A stretch of 64,000 bases of DNA from assembly GCA_025594325.1 (NCBI GenBank), contig JANHCV010000001.1, forward strand, positions 4,898,001 through 4,962,000, given 5' to 3'. The stretch is from Blastocladiella emersonii ATCC 22665. Taxonomy: Eukaryota; Fungi; Blastocladiomycota. Each line of letters begins with the position of its first letter. The stretch's first letter is position 1. The translations under genes and the position numbers were made by a program. Shown here one piece after another: positions 24,625 to 34,856 of the stretch. The notes beneath the pieces were generated by a model. The model ran no database searches, had not been told where the DNA came from, and was given only the letters and a program-made list of their open reading frames with translations.

Positions 24625-25379
24625 CGCGCAACGGCCGCGCCGTCCGCATCGAGCCGTACACGCCGCCGCCCGGCCACGAGCACCACCCGCTCAAGGAGCT
24701 CGCGGCGAACGGCATGTGCTTCCCGAACCACGTGCCGATCCGCGTCACCCCCGTGCACGCCGGCGGCATGACCAAGGCCGACTCAGCGTGCTCCAAGGAG
24801 GCCAAGGACCCGGCCACGTGCGGCGCAGGCGTGCTCGCGTGGTGGTACCTCAGCTGCCGCCGGAGCATCGGGTTCTCCATCATGCGTCGCGCAGAAGCTC
24901 CGCACCAAGTGTACGCTACGCTGCTGAGCAGATTCCGCAAAATGCCGCCCATCCTCGTGTACGACAACGCGTGCAACGTCGCCGACTACTGCCTCGGCCG
25001 GTTCCCCGCGGCGTTCCGCGACACGCTGTTCCTCGTCGACGAGCTGCACATGCCCGGACACGTGAACTGCGCGCCGTCGTTCCGCGGCAAGCTGTACCGC
25101 GCGCTCGCTGACGTGCCGACCATCCTCCACGAGCAGAAGAACTCGCAGCTCGCTGGTCTCAAGTCGATCGCGCCCAAGGCCTCGTACCCGCTCTTCTCGA
25201 ACCTGCTTCTGCACCGCATCGCGATGCTGAACGAGCACGAGCTCGAGAAGGACCCCAAGTACTGGGACGCGTGCACCAGCTCGTTCACCGTCTCGCCCGT
25301 TGACGTGGAGTGGGAGGGAGGCGAGGGCGAGGTCGACGACGGTGATGATGATGAAATTGCCGATGTACATAGTGAATAA
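22458..25379 (+). CDS. KDZ/HMGXB3-like DDE transposase, possibly with a 1-nt frameshift near 23036
   Basis: Open frame 23037-25379 (780 aa). Motifs: CVCPDPPVALDGVVLS (candidate first D), CSKE…GAGVLAWWYLSCRRSIGFSIMRRAEAP, PILVYDNAC, FLVDELHMPGHVNC, LHEQKNSQL. The upstream part (probable intron 22754-22824, then a coding-like different frame 22825-23036) is uncertain, as is the 5' start. Confidence 0.8.
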
Positions 25380-25448
25380 GTCGTAGGCGTAGTAGTGGAA
25401 CTAGTATACAACTAGTTTTCCTCGTCAAACTTGAAGAATATGCTGGGT

Positions 25449-25484
25449 GAGCGGGCGAGCGGGCGAGCGGGCGAGCGAGCGAGC
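25449..25484 (+). repeat. (GAGCGGGC)3(GAGC)3 simple repeat downstream of the transposase
   Basis: Directly visible. Confidence 0.85.
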
Positions 25485-27170
25485 TGACCGAGGCTCGAGA
25501 CTTGGGCGTGAGCGGCTCGCGAAACTCGGCGGGTCGACCACCGTCTCGTCCCTCACGACTCGACGGTGAGAGCTACGACCCTGAAAGCCTGCACGAGCAT
25601 TTCAAGGCTATGCTTCAACATCCTCGTTGAGTCGAATCACAAAAATCACGAGTGGAACGGCGGCACGGGCCGTTCGAGTGAGATCGAGACGCGAGTCGCT
25701 GATCGCCACCTTCGTTTTCTCGCGCATCCTTGAGGCTCTGGCTCTCAACTCGGTGTTCAGTGAGAGCCACGGATGTGATCTAACTGGATTGATGGTTGGC
25801 GGTGGTACTATGCCCTTAATGAGCTGAGAGCACGCTTGGGAAGCCACCCGCACCAAGTTCTCGTCCGACAAGTTGTGCGCTTGCTTCGTCGCACGGCTAC
25901 GTGTTTCTGATGGTCAAATGACACTTTTTGTGCAACGACAGTGCTTTGCGATCTCTCACGCATTGTACGCGGTCGACCTGGGCCGCTAGTTGCCACCTGC
26001 GATTACTCAACGAGTTGACGTGATCCGTGAAGCTTCTCGGGCACTAATGAGTGACTGAAGGTTGTAGAAACTCGTGAAAGAGGTTGGCGCGGGCGCCCAG
26101 AGTACGGTGCACCTCAGGTACGCACGCGAGCGGAGGCGAGTGTAAGTTCACGCGTAGCTCACTGGGCGGCTCGAGCCCTGGTCTCTCCGCTCTGCATCAA
26201 GGTTTCTATGACCATATGACACTTTGGGTGCAGCGGCAGCGCTCCAACGCGTCTTGCGCGTCGGCGGGAGCGAGGCGAGCGAGCGACGTGTACCTTGCAC
26301 CACCTCCAGTACCCGCAGATTTCGTCACACGGAGCTCTTCTCTCGCATATAAGCTATTCAAACCTATAGTAGACGCTGTATGGGAAGCAGGAGGGCGTCT
26401 GGTGGGGGGTGTTGTCGCGGGTCGGACACGGTCCAGGAGCGAGCACTTGGGCCGCGCTGAACAGCTCGTCCGACCACCGACCCCACCCCGGCCCCGTTCC
26501 CCTCGGTCGATTGCTCCCAAACTTGGTACAGCGGCTATTGGGACCTATTGAAGCAACTTGGTGCCGTCGATGAGGGCCCCCGACCTCATAAATGTTCGTG
26601 GCCGGGTCGGTGCACCTGGGTCAGCACTTGCTGGTCGCTCAAGTGTCCGCCGACCACCATGGACTCGTCTTTCCGAATCTCGGCTCGTCCTCTTGGAAAA
26701 CTACGTTTGAGACCTGCCTGAACACGATGCCGCGCACAGTTTTCGCCCAAACCCGCCACCGTGCTCGGATCATGGTGAAGTCAGGTCAAGTTCGTTTAGC
26801 GTGGCCAAGACCGTTCCGGCCGCTCCCGCGTCCAGTTCTCCACCGATTTTGTCGACTCCGCCGCGCACAGTGGTGTAAGTGACCTGTCGAAATCGAATGG
26901 CAGTAGTCCCATGTCTACAGCTTGTCTGTAGCGGTAGATAGGGACGGAAAACCAAGTTTCCCGTATGAACGGTGTGAACGTCGCGTCCAGTTCTCGTCAG
27001 ATCCTCATCCAGGATCACTCGGGCTCTCGGAAACGCTCGGCCGCGCCTCAAACGGACATCTGTAGCACGCGCAAGAGCACATCGAGTGTCGCAGGTGCAC
27101 CCAAGTAGACTCATACGAGTGCTACAGGCTGCTGATCGTCAATCGGACGCGTCCATGGTGTCAAGACACC

Positions 27171-27178
27171 TATAAAAG
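27171..27178 (+). promoter_or_regulatory. Possible TATA box for the Q/H-rich cargo gene
   Basis: TATAAAAG about 340 bp upstream of the ATG at 27514. Motif match only. Confidence 0.3.
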
Positions 27179-27513
27179 ACATCCTGCGCGTCGAAACGTC
27201 CATTTTGAGCCGTTTGCAGCTACTACGCATCATGGACTTGGTTGACGAGCGACGCGTTGACAGCGCCAGGACCGTGCCAGAGCGAGATTACTGGTGTTTT
27301 ACGTCATTTAACATCATATAAATTACGTACCGTTAAGAGCGGAGCATCTGCAAGATCGTGGTCTCCATCTCGAAAGTGCGCGTGATCGTCAGCTGATGCG
27401 TTTCGTCAAGCTTCGAGTGTCTACGGACGGCGCCACCGTCGCTCCATCAAGTCGTTCGCACGACCTCGCCACCACCCTGACCCGATCCGACGACGGCCCA
27501 CACCATCACCATC

Positions 27514-28871
27514 ATGAACGAGCAACCTGCTGCACCGGGCGCCAACGGTCCTGCCCGTAACGGGGCCGAGCCCGTCGTCCCGCTCTCGCCCGAGGACGCC
27601 CGCCAGCTCACCGACGCGACCGCCGCTGACTGGTTTGAAGACCTCCTGCGCCGCCCGGCTGACTGGTTTGAAGACCTCCTGCGCCGCCCGACCCGCAACG
27701 CCAACAGCCGCAGCAGTCGATCCAGCACCAGGGCGCCGCGGGCAACAACCAGCAGCAGCAGGACCAGCAGCAGAACCAGTCGATCCAGCACCAGGGCGTC
27801 GCTGCGGGTGCCGCCGCCGCGGGTCCCGCGCCGCGCACGCGCCAGGGCGTCGCGGGCAACAACCACCAGCAGCAGAACCAGCAGCAGAACCAGCAGCAGA
27901 ACCAGTCGATCCCGCGCCAGGGCGCCGCGGGCAACAACCAGCAGCAGCAGCAGAACCAGCAGAAGCAGTCGATCCAGCCAGCACCAGGGCGTCGCTGCGG
28001 GCAACGCTGCCGCGGGTGCCGCTCCGCGCATGCATCAGGGCGTCGCGGGCAACAACCACCAGCAGCGGATCCAGCCGCAGCAGTCGAGCCAGCACCAGGG
28101 CGTCGCCGCGGGCCCGCAGCAGCGGCAGCAGCAGGAGATGGTCAACCACGCGGGCGCCGCGCCGCGCATGCCCCACGTCGCCGCGGGCGCCGGCTAGCAG
28201 CAGTACCCGCACCACACCACCGTGCAGCACCAGCAGCAGCAGCACCACCGTGCACCACCAGCAGCAGCAGCACCAGCAGCAGCACCAGCAGCAGCACCCG
28301 CACCAGCAGCAGCACCCGCACCACGCTGCCGCGGGCGCCGCCGCCGCCCAGCTCGCCAAACAGCAGCGTGCCATGGCGGAGGGCCAGATCATCGTGAGCC
28401 GCATGTCGGACGCGGAGAAGCGGGAGCTGATGGCCGTCTCCCCAAACGTGGTTCACCAATGGCGCTAGGTACGTTTCCACGAGACGGGCATGGATCCGCG
28501 TCGTCCCCTCACCAATCCTTCCGGGGTAGAAACACTATCATCTGATGCAGCACGGCTGCAGCGAGCAGGATCGCCAGACGCTCAACTCCCTCTACAACTC
28601 GGTGATCGCGTACGATTACCTTCAGAGCGTCTACCACGCGTGGCAGTCGCAGCAGCAGTCGCAGCTGCAGGCGCGGCAGCAGGCCCGGCAGCAGTCGCAC
28701 AGCGGCCACGGCGGCCATCCACAGCACCAGCAGCACCCCCATCAAGGCCACGGTGCTGGTCACGGCCTCGGCGGTTCAGCGCCGGCTGTCCAGCGATCCG
28801 GCTCGCACGACCGTCGTTCGCCGTCGTCCTTCAGCACCCGCACGGTTTCCTCGCCCTACTCGCGCAACTAG
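27514..28871 (+). pseudogene. Gln/His-rich, prion-like low-complexity cargo gene, disrupted
   Basis: ATG at 27514. The Q-rich frame is broken by frameshifts near 27705, 27977 and 28248 and by TAG codons at 28195 and 28466, which sit where CAG would fit. Probable intron 28469-28550 (GTACGT..CAG). Final stop at 28871. Confidence 0.65.
27625..27690 (+). repeat. Perfect 33-bp tandem duplication encoding ADWFEDLLRRP twice
   Basis: GCTGACTGGTTTGAAGACCTCCTGCGCCGCCCG at 27625-27657 and 27658-27690. Confidence 0.95.
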
Positions 28872-29157
28872 TCGTCGACATCACGTTGCGCCCCATCCCC
28901 TCCTAGTCTTCCTTTTTTCTCTTGTGGTCGAATGTAACGAGTTGAGTGTAAAGCGTTGGTCTGTGAGTTGTGGCGGTGGTCGGCGCCATCGATCTCAGCT
29001 CTCAAACAGCCTCAGCCCAGCTGGCGAGTCCACCCTCCCCGCCTGCCCATGTATCAAATCGAACATTTCTCGACCTGCACCTCGCTCGCCGTGACCTCCG
29101 CCGTCGCCGACATCGACTACTCGTCGCCGCCGCGCACTTATCCCGTCGCACGACTTA

Positions 29158-29537
29158 CTCGATCCTCGCGCAACGAACCCCGGCATCCACATGGCCGGCG
29201 TGCCGCGGCGGACACCGTCTTCCATCCGCCTGTGCAACGAGGCTTGCACGTTTGTGCGCCCCCGCTGCACCGCGGCCGACTCGACCCTCGCGCAGCGAAA
29301 CGCACCCCGGCATCCGCATGGCCGGTGAGCCGCGGCGTCTGCCGTCCTCCATCCGCCGGTGCATCGCTGCTGCCGCGTTCGTGCTTTCCCCGCTGCACCG
29401 TGGCGGACTCGTTCGTCAATTCGCAGCTGCACGCGGCGGACACGCCCGTCCATCCGCCGGCGTACTCGGTCGCCCACGAGCCGGTGCTTTGTGGCTGCCA
29501 CGGCAACACCACAACCTGCCACGTTTTTCCATCCGCC
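29158..29537 (+). repeat. Diverged ~125-bp direct repeats plus four CCATCCGCC motifs inside the transposon
   Basis: Units 29158-29279 and 29280-29407 share CTCGAyCCTCGCGCArCGAA, CCCCGGCATCCrCATGGCCGG and CCCCGCTGCACCG. CCATCCGCC occurs at 29222, 29349, 29450 and 29529. Confidence 0.8.
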
Positions 29538-30579
29538 GGCTGACCATCCCCACCGCCCGGGCGACCGCCTCGTGCGCACGGATCTACGGCCCGCACCGTG
29601 ACGTTCCGTTGCTGGACGCGTTGCCAGCAGCCCCTCTATCGTCCACGCGATGGTGGAGGCGGATCGGCAAGTCGCCCGCCATCTCTACGTTCGCGAGTCG
29701 TGGCGCTCTCCACACCGCGTACGCATGTTGCTACTCTATGTCGCGTCCACGGTCGTCCGAGCGCTGGTCTTGCTCTCAGTCCGTCGGCAGCGACCTGTCG
29801 TCACAGTGGGCTTATCCTGCATCTTCCCCTTGAACGCCGGCCACGAACGCTGGTCAACTCAGTCGCCGATGCACGTTCACGGACCAGCTCCTTTGCGCGC
29901 GCGGTGCGAGGCGACGTCGAGCGACGAGAACCTCGCCGACTTGCTTACACGACGGACGCCAGAGACTTGGTCGTCGTCTCTCATCAAGCTCGCCGAGCTG
30001 CGCGAGTTTTTCGCCGCTCATTGAACTTTGATGTGGTCGACGCGACAGCGACCATCACCTTGAGCCTGTCTCTCAATCATCAAGGAGCAAAGTTTCCGCA
30101 AGTTCGTTTCGCTGGCCGCTGCCCGATGTATCGCCCTCTCACGGCTTATGAACGAGGCCATCGTTGCGGACGTTCTCAGCGGACTTGCGAAGCAGAGTCG
30201 CTCGCAGCGGACTCCGCGGAGACGGCGTGGAACGGGTCGGCAGAGTCGCGCAGCACTCAACCCCCCTGACCATGATCGTGCGACCGCACAAACACTGTAA
30301 CGTCGAGGAACAGCAGTCGTCAGCGTCAAGTGCTGTGCGTGGAAGTTCACAAGTGGGGGTGTATGGAGTGGGCCTCGCGGGAGAGGACGTGAGCGACGCA
30401 GAGTCGCTGCGAAAAACGCTAAGTCAAGAGAACGCACACCCGTGCGTCACGATCCACGCCCACGTGCCTTCGATCGTGACGAACCATGATGCAATGTGGC
30501 GCGCGGCGTGGGCGGCGAGTCGGTTCCCAAAATGGCAACGGGTCAGGGGGGGCATGCTGAGTGCGTTTTTTTGGGGGCT

Positions 30580-30612
30580 GGCAGCAGCTGCTGAGGGACC
30601 ACTGGGCGGTGA
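30580..30612 (-). repeat. Right terminal inverted repeat
   Basis: GGCAGCAGCTGCTGAGGGACCACTGGGCGGTGA, followed by AATT. Confidence 0.9.
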
Positions 30613-30771
30613 AATTTGGGACGGCTGCTGGCGGACCGTCGGACGGTCTGATCTCGATGTAGGATCGCCAGCCGTGGGGGGGCCGGTTGAGTTTTGAGCG
30701 ATGCTGGGCGGGCGCGAGGTGGCCGTAACCGATCGTGAGCGGAGCCACTCGCCGCCGTCCCCTGCATTTGC

Positions 30772-30818
30772 GCCCGCTCGCCTGCCCGCTCGCCTGCCCG
30801 CTCGCCTGCCCGCTCGCC
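30772..30818 (+). repeat. (GCCCGCTCGCCT) x ~3.9 tandem repeat
   Basis: Directly visible 12-bp unit. Confidence 0.9.
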
Positions 30819-31922
30819 ACCGCGGGGCATCGAGACCCCCGTGCTGGCTCACGTCACGCTGCATGATGGGCGCACGCCCAGCTGCAGGGCAGCTGCAGGG
30901 CCCATGCGTGCGCAGAACTCACACGCTCGCCATGTCGCAATCTCGACGTCGGACGCGGCTGCCACGCCGCGTTGAGCCGGCAGCATGCGTGTCGAGGAGT
31001 GGAGGTGTCGCGGATTGGAGTGGCACGGCACCGTGTTCGGCAATCCCCATCTACTCGAGATCACCGGCTCGTCGCGATGACTGATCATGACTGACGTCGC
31101 CGCCTCGTGTGCGCAAATGGAGGGCTCTGTCCGCAGCCAAAACCAAAACGCGTCGGACAGCGCGCCGCGCCGTGTCGCACGACGGTTTGCATCGACGCGG
31201 CTCACCGTGCCCGAGATTTTGGGTGTCGGTGGCGCAGTGCGGACAGGGCCGGGCGAGTTGGGGGCATGGCGGTGCGGGCGCGGGCTGCAGGACGTGTCCG
31301 CACACGCTCTCTCGCGGTTTTCATCGTTCCCGAAGCATCCGAAGCGCGCACTCTACTCTCTCTCTTGAGGAGCTTTCGTTGCTGCAGCGGCGTTGCACCC
31401 GCGACGCGTCTCGCACATCCGCGCTCTCGCGCACGTGAGCCGGGTCGCGCACGTGACGCGGCGCGGCTCGCGTGTGGGTTTTTTTCTGGGCCGTTGCTCT
31501 TTCCTTTCCGGCAGTCGTCGGCCGCCACCGCCGTCCACGTCGCGCTCATCACCGCCCCCACGCTCCCTGGACGGCGGCCCTACATTGCCCCGACGCATCG
31601 ACACTGCATGCATTGCACTTGAGCCGACCCGCTCTCACCGAAAACCCCCACGGAACCCGGCGCGAACGAAGCAGCGACTCTGCGCGCGCACACACGCCAC
31701 ACGTCACGCCCGCGCACTGCCTGAAATAGGTCCGCACGCACGCTCTGGGGGCTCGGCGACGCGGCGGCACCGTGTGGTCCTGGTGCGGCCGCACCCGGCA
31801 GGCGCACGGACGGCTGCTGCTGCTGTGCCGCCGCTGCCTCGCCCTCATCCGGATCCGTGTCGCGGTCGCTGACGCGGCGCGCGCTGGCCAGCCGTAGTCT
31901 ACCCGTACCACATCACACCGCC

Positions 31923-33313
31923 ATGAGCTTCTTCTTCAAGTCCAGCAAGGCCAAGTCGCCCGCCGACACGGTGCGCGCCGCGCGCGAGGCCGTGCTGCGG
32001 CTCGACGGCGAGCGCAGGCCCGGCGACAAGGTACTACTGCGTACGCTTTCTGTGTGTCCCGCGAGTCGGAACTGACGCGGCACTCGCTTGTGTGTAGACG
32101 CCCGAGGAAATCTCCAAACTCATCCTGCAGATCAAAGTGTATCTGACGGGGGACGGCGGTGCGTGCGCTGCTGCTGCATCTACCGCCTGCACGCGCATGG
32201 GCGCTCACACACGCCCGGATCCGACCGCGTAGAGACGGAGCCGACGCCCGAGACCATCTCGGCGCTGGCGCAGGAGATCTACAACCAGGACCTGCTGGCG
32301 CTGTTCATCACGCACCTGCAGCGGTTCGAGTTCGAGGCGAAAAAGGACGTGGTGTTTGTCGTCAACACGCTGCTGCGGCGGCAGATCGGGTCGCGCCAGC
32401 CGACGGTCGAGTACTTTTCGGTGCGCGAGCCGCTGCTCGTGACGCTGATCCAGGGGTACGAGAGCCCCGAGATCGCGCTCAACTGCGGCATGATGGTCCG
32501 CGAGTGCGCGCGGTACGAGCCCCTGGCCAAGAGCGTGCTGCACCACGCCGTGTTCTGGAACTTTTTCAACTACGTCGAGTCGACCACGTTTGACACGGCG
32601 AGCGACGCGTTTGCCACGTTCAAGGACCTGCTCATCAAGCACAAGGAGATGGTCGCGCAGTTCCTCGACGCCAACTACGACGCCTTCTTCGCCCGGTACA
32701 CGAACCTGCTCAACTCCAACAACTACGTGACCAAGCGCCAGTCGCTCAAGCTGCTCGGCGAGCTGCTCCTCGACCGCGCCAACTTCTCGGTCATGACCCG
32801 GTACATTGCGTCGGCCGACAACCTCAAGCTCATGATGAACCTGCTGCGCGACAAGTCCCGCAATATCCAGTTCGAGGCGTTCCACGTCTTCAAGGTGTTT
32901 GTCGCCAACCCGAAAAAGGTCAAGCCCGTCGCCGACATCCTCATCAAGAACCGCGAGAAGCTGCTCAGCTACCTCGCGAGCTTCCACAACGACAAGACGG
33001 GTACGCTCTCTCTCTCTCTTTCGCGTTTGCCGTCGTGCTTGTCACTCACCGCGCGCGTGCGAGTGTAGACGACGACCTGTTCAACGACGAGAAGCAGTTC
33101 CTGATCCGGCAAATCAGCGACATGCCCGCCACCACGAGCTCGCCCGTCACGCCCGCCGCGGGATCCAGTCCAGCAGGAGGCACCGCCGGCACCCCACCGG
33201 GCGCCTCGGCCAGCACGCCCGCACTCAACGCCGACGCGTCGTCACTCGCTGCGGCAGCGGCCGCGGGCAGCAGTAGCGCAGACCAGGCGTTGCCAACCGC
33301 CGGGTCCGCGTAG
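31923..33313 (+). CDS. HYM1: Mo25/Hym1/CAB39 scaffold protein (~393 aa)
   Basis: join(31923..32030,32098..32158,32233..33000,33069..33313). [73 protein letters not shown]. Confidence 0.97.
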
Positions 33314-33536
33314 CAACCGCGAGCGGGCGATGTGTGATACCTGTGTCGATAGCAATGTGTGTGTGAGAACAGAGATGCATGCAAACTTGCGAAGACGCGG
33401 TCGTGAGCTGCGGTGGCGGTCGGCGAGCAAGCGAGACTTGAGCGGCTTGCGGGACGCGCCACTCAAAACGCGTGGTCCGACTGCCGCGCTTCCTCTCTCT
33501 CTCCGCGAGCAAACGAAACTCAACGCCATCAACACC

Positions 33537-34795
33537 ATGCCGATCGACACCACGACCCACGCCGACCGCGTCGTTGCCACGCTCGCGGCGCAGCCCAACA
33601 CGTCCGTTGCCGTGCACCTGTACGGCGCCACGGGTACGGTCAGCGCTCGTGCGAGATCCGACGCGGCGCTGACGGCGTGAACGCAACCGCAGTGACGAGC
33701 TGGAAGGCGCAGGGCCAGGAGCAGCTGTTCCTCAGCGACAAGGCGATCCTCAACGGGACCAAGGCGATTCGGTACGGAGGTTGGGCGGTGTGTGTGATGA
33801 GGCGGGTTGCTGACGACGCACTTGGCGCGCGCGCGCCTGGACGTGTAGTGGCGGGTACGTTCCCCTCGAGCGCAGTCTTCTCTCGCACCACCCTGCTTGA
33901 CTCTTCTGCCGTCGCTGCCGAAGCTGCACCGACGAGGTGTACGGCGGGTGAGCCTCCTCCCTTCCCCTCCCCTCCGCCGTACCTGCGCGGCGTACTAACC
34001 ACCACCACAGCATCCCGCTCGTCTTCCCGCAGTTCGGCACGGTCGCGGGCTCGTCCCTCCCGCAGCACGGGTTCGCGCGGTGCAGCAACTGGAAGCTGAC
34101 GCACACAACCGAGGAGGCGGACCACTTGCAGCTGCACTTCACGCTGACGCCGGCTGAGATCGCGACGCCCGCGCTGCGCGAGGCGTGGAACTACGCGTTC
34201 GTGCTCGAGTACAAGGTCGAGCTGCGCGCCGACGGGACGCTGGGGACCGCGCTCAAGGTCACCAACACGGACGACCGCGAGTTTGAGTTTACCTGGCTCC
34301 TGCACACGTACCTCCGCGTGCCCGTACGTTCACTGTGTCGTTACGAGGCCGCAAAGCTCACCATTGGGCGTGTAGGACGTGTCCGAGATCCACGTGCACG
34401 GGCTCGACGGCAAGGCGTACTCGGACAAGACGCGCGCGCTCGCGACCTTCACGCAGGCGGGCGGACTTACGTTCAGCGAGGAGGTGGACCGCGTGTTCGC
34501 CAAGGTCGAGCCCGTCACGGCGCCGCTCCGCATCGATTTTGGGGGAGACCACGCGCCGCTCGCGGCCGTCGAGCGCACCGTGTCCAAGAGCACGGGCCAC
34601 GCGTTCGCGGACGTGGTGGTGTGGAACCCGTGGGCCGACAAGGCCAAGGGCATGGCCGACTTTGGGGATGACGAGTACCACCACATGGTGTGCGTCGAGG
34701 TCGGCGACGTGGTTGACAACATCAAGCTCGCGCCCGGCGCGACGCGCGAGGCGGGGCAGGTGCTCCGCGCGCTCGGCGGCGGGGCCAAGCTGTAG
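33537..34795 (+). CDS. Glucose-6-phosphate 1-epimerase, aldose 1-epimerase family, YMR099C-like (~304 aa)
   Basis: join(33537..33633,33693..33771,33849..33854,34011..34323,34376..34795), including a 6-nt microexon. LYGATVTSW, KAIRGGIPLVFPQFG, QHGFAR, LHTYLRV, VVWNPW, MVCVE. Confidence 0.93.
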
Positions 34796-34856
34796 ATTGA
34801 TGGGAGAGAGATGATGAGCTAGTATATTCTGCAAGTTGGTTTTGGTAAAGTCGAGT

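Larger units (their letters stand above)
22268..30612. mobile_element. ~8.3 kb TIR DNA transposon, KDZ (Kyakuja-Dileera-Zisupton)/HMGXB3-type
   Basis: 33-bp terminal inverted repeats (31/33 identical), AATT on both outer flanks (22264-22267 and 30613-30616), internal DDE transposase and decayed cargo gene. Confidence 0.85.

Noticed and set aside
27714-28197. CRISPR-like or other regularly spaced array
   Set aside because: The repeats are codon-phased Gln-rich coding modules with no constant repeat and unique spacer structure, and the context is eukaryotic.
30627-30672. Hairpin GACCGTC-G-GACGGTC (30634-30648) with outer GCTGGCG/CGCCAGC pairing just outside the right TIR
   Set aside because: Short inverted repeats are expected by chance at this GC content, and no partner end or related ORF was found.
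25449-30818. GAGCGGGC repeat (25449) and GCCCGCTCGCCT repeat (30772) as ends of a second, overlapping inverted-repeat element
   Set aside because: The unit lengths differ (8 versus 12 bp), similar GC-rich simple repeats occur elsewhere (e.g. ~55275), and the flanks do not align.
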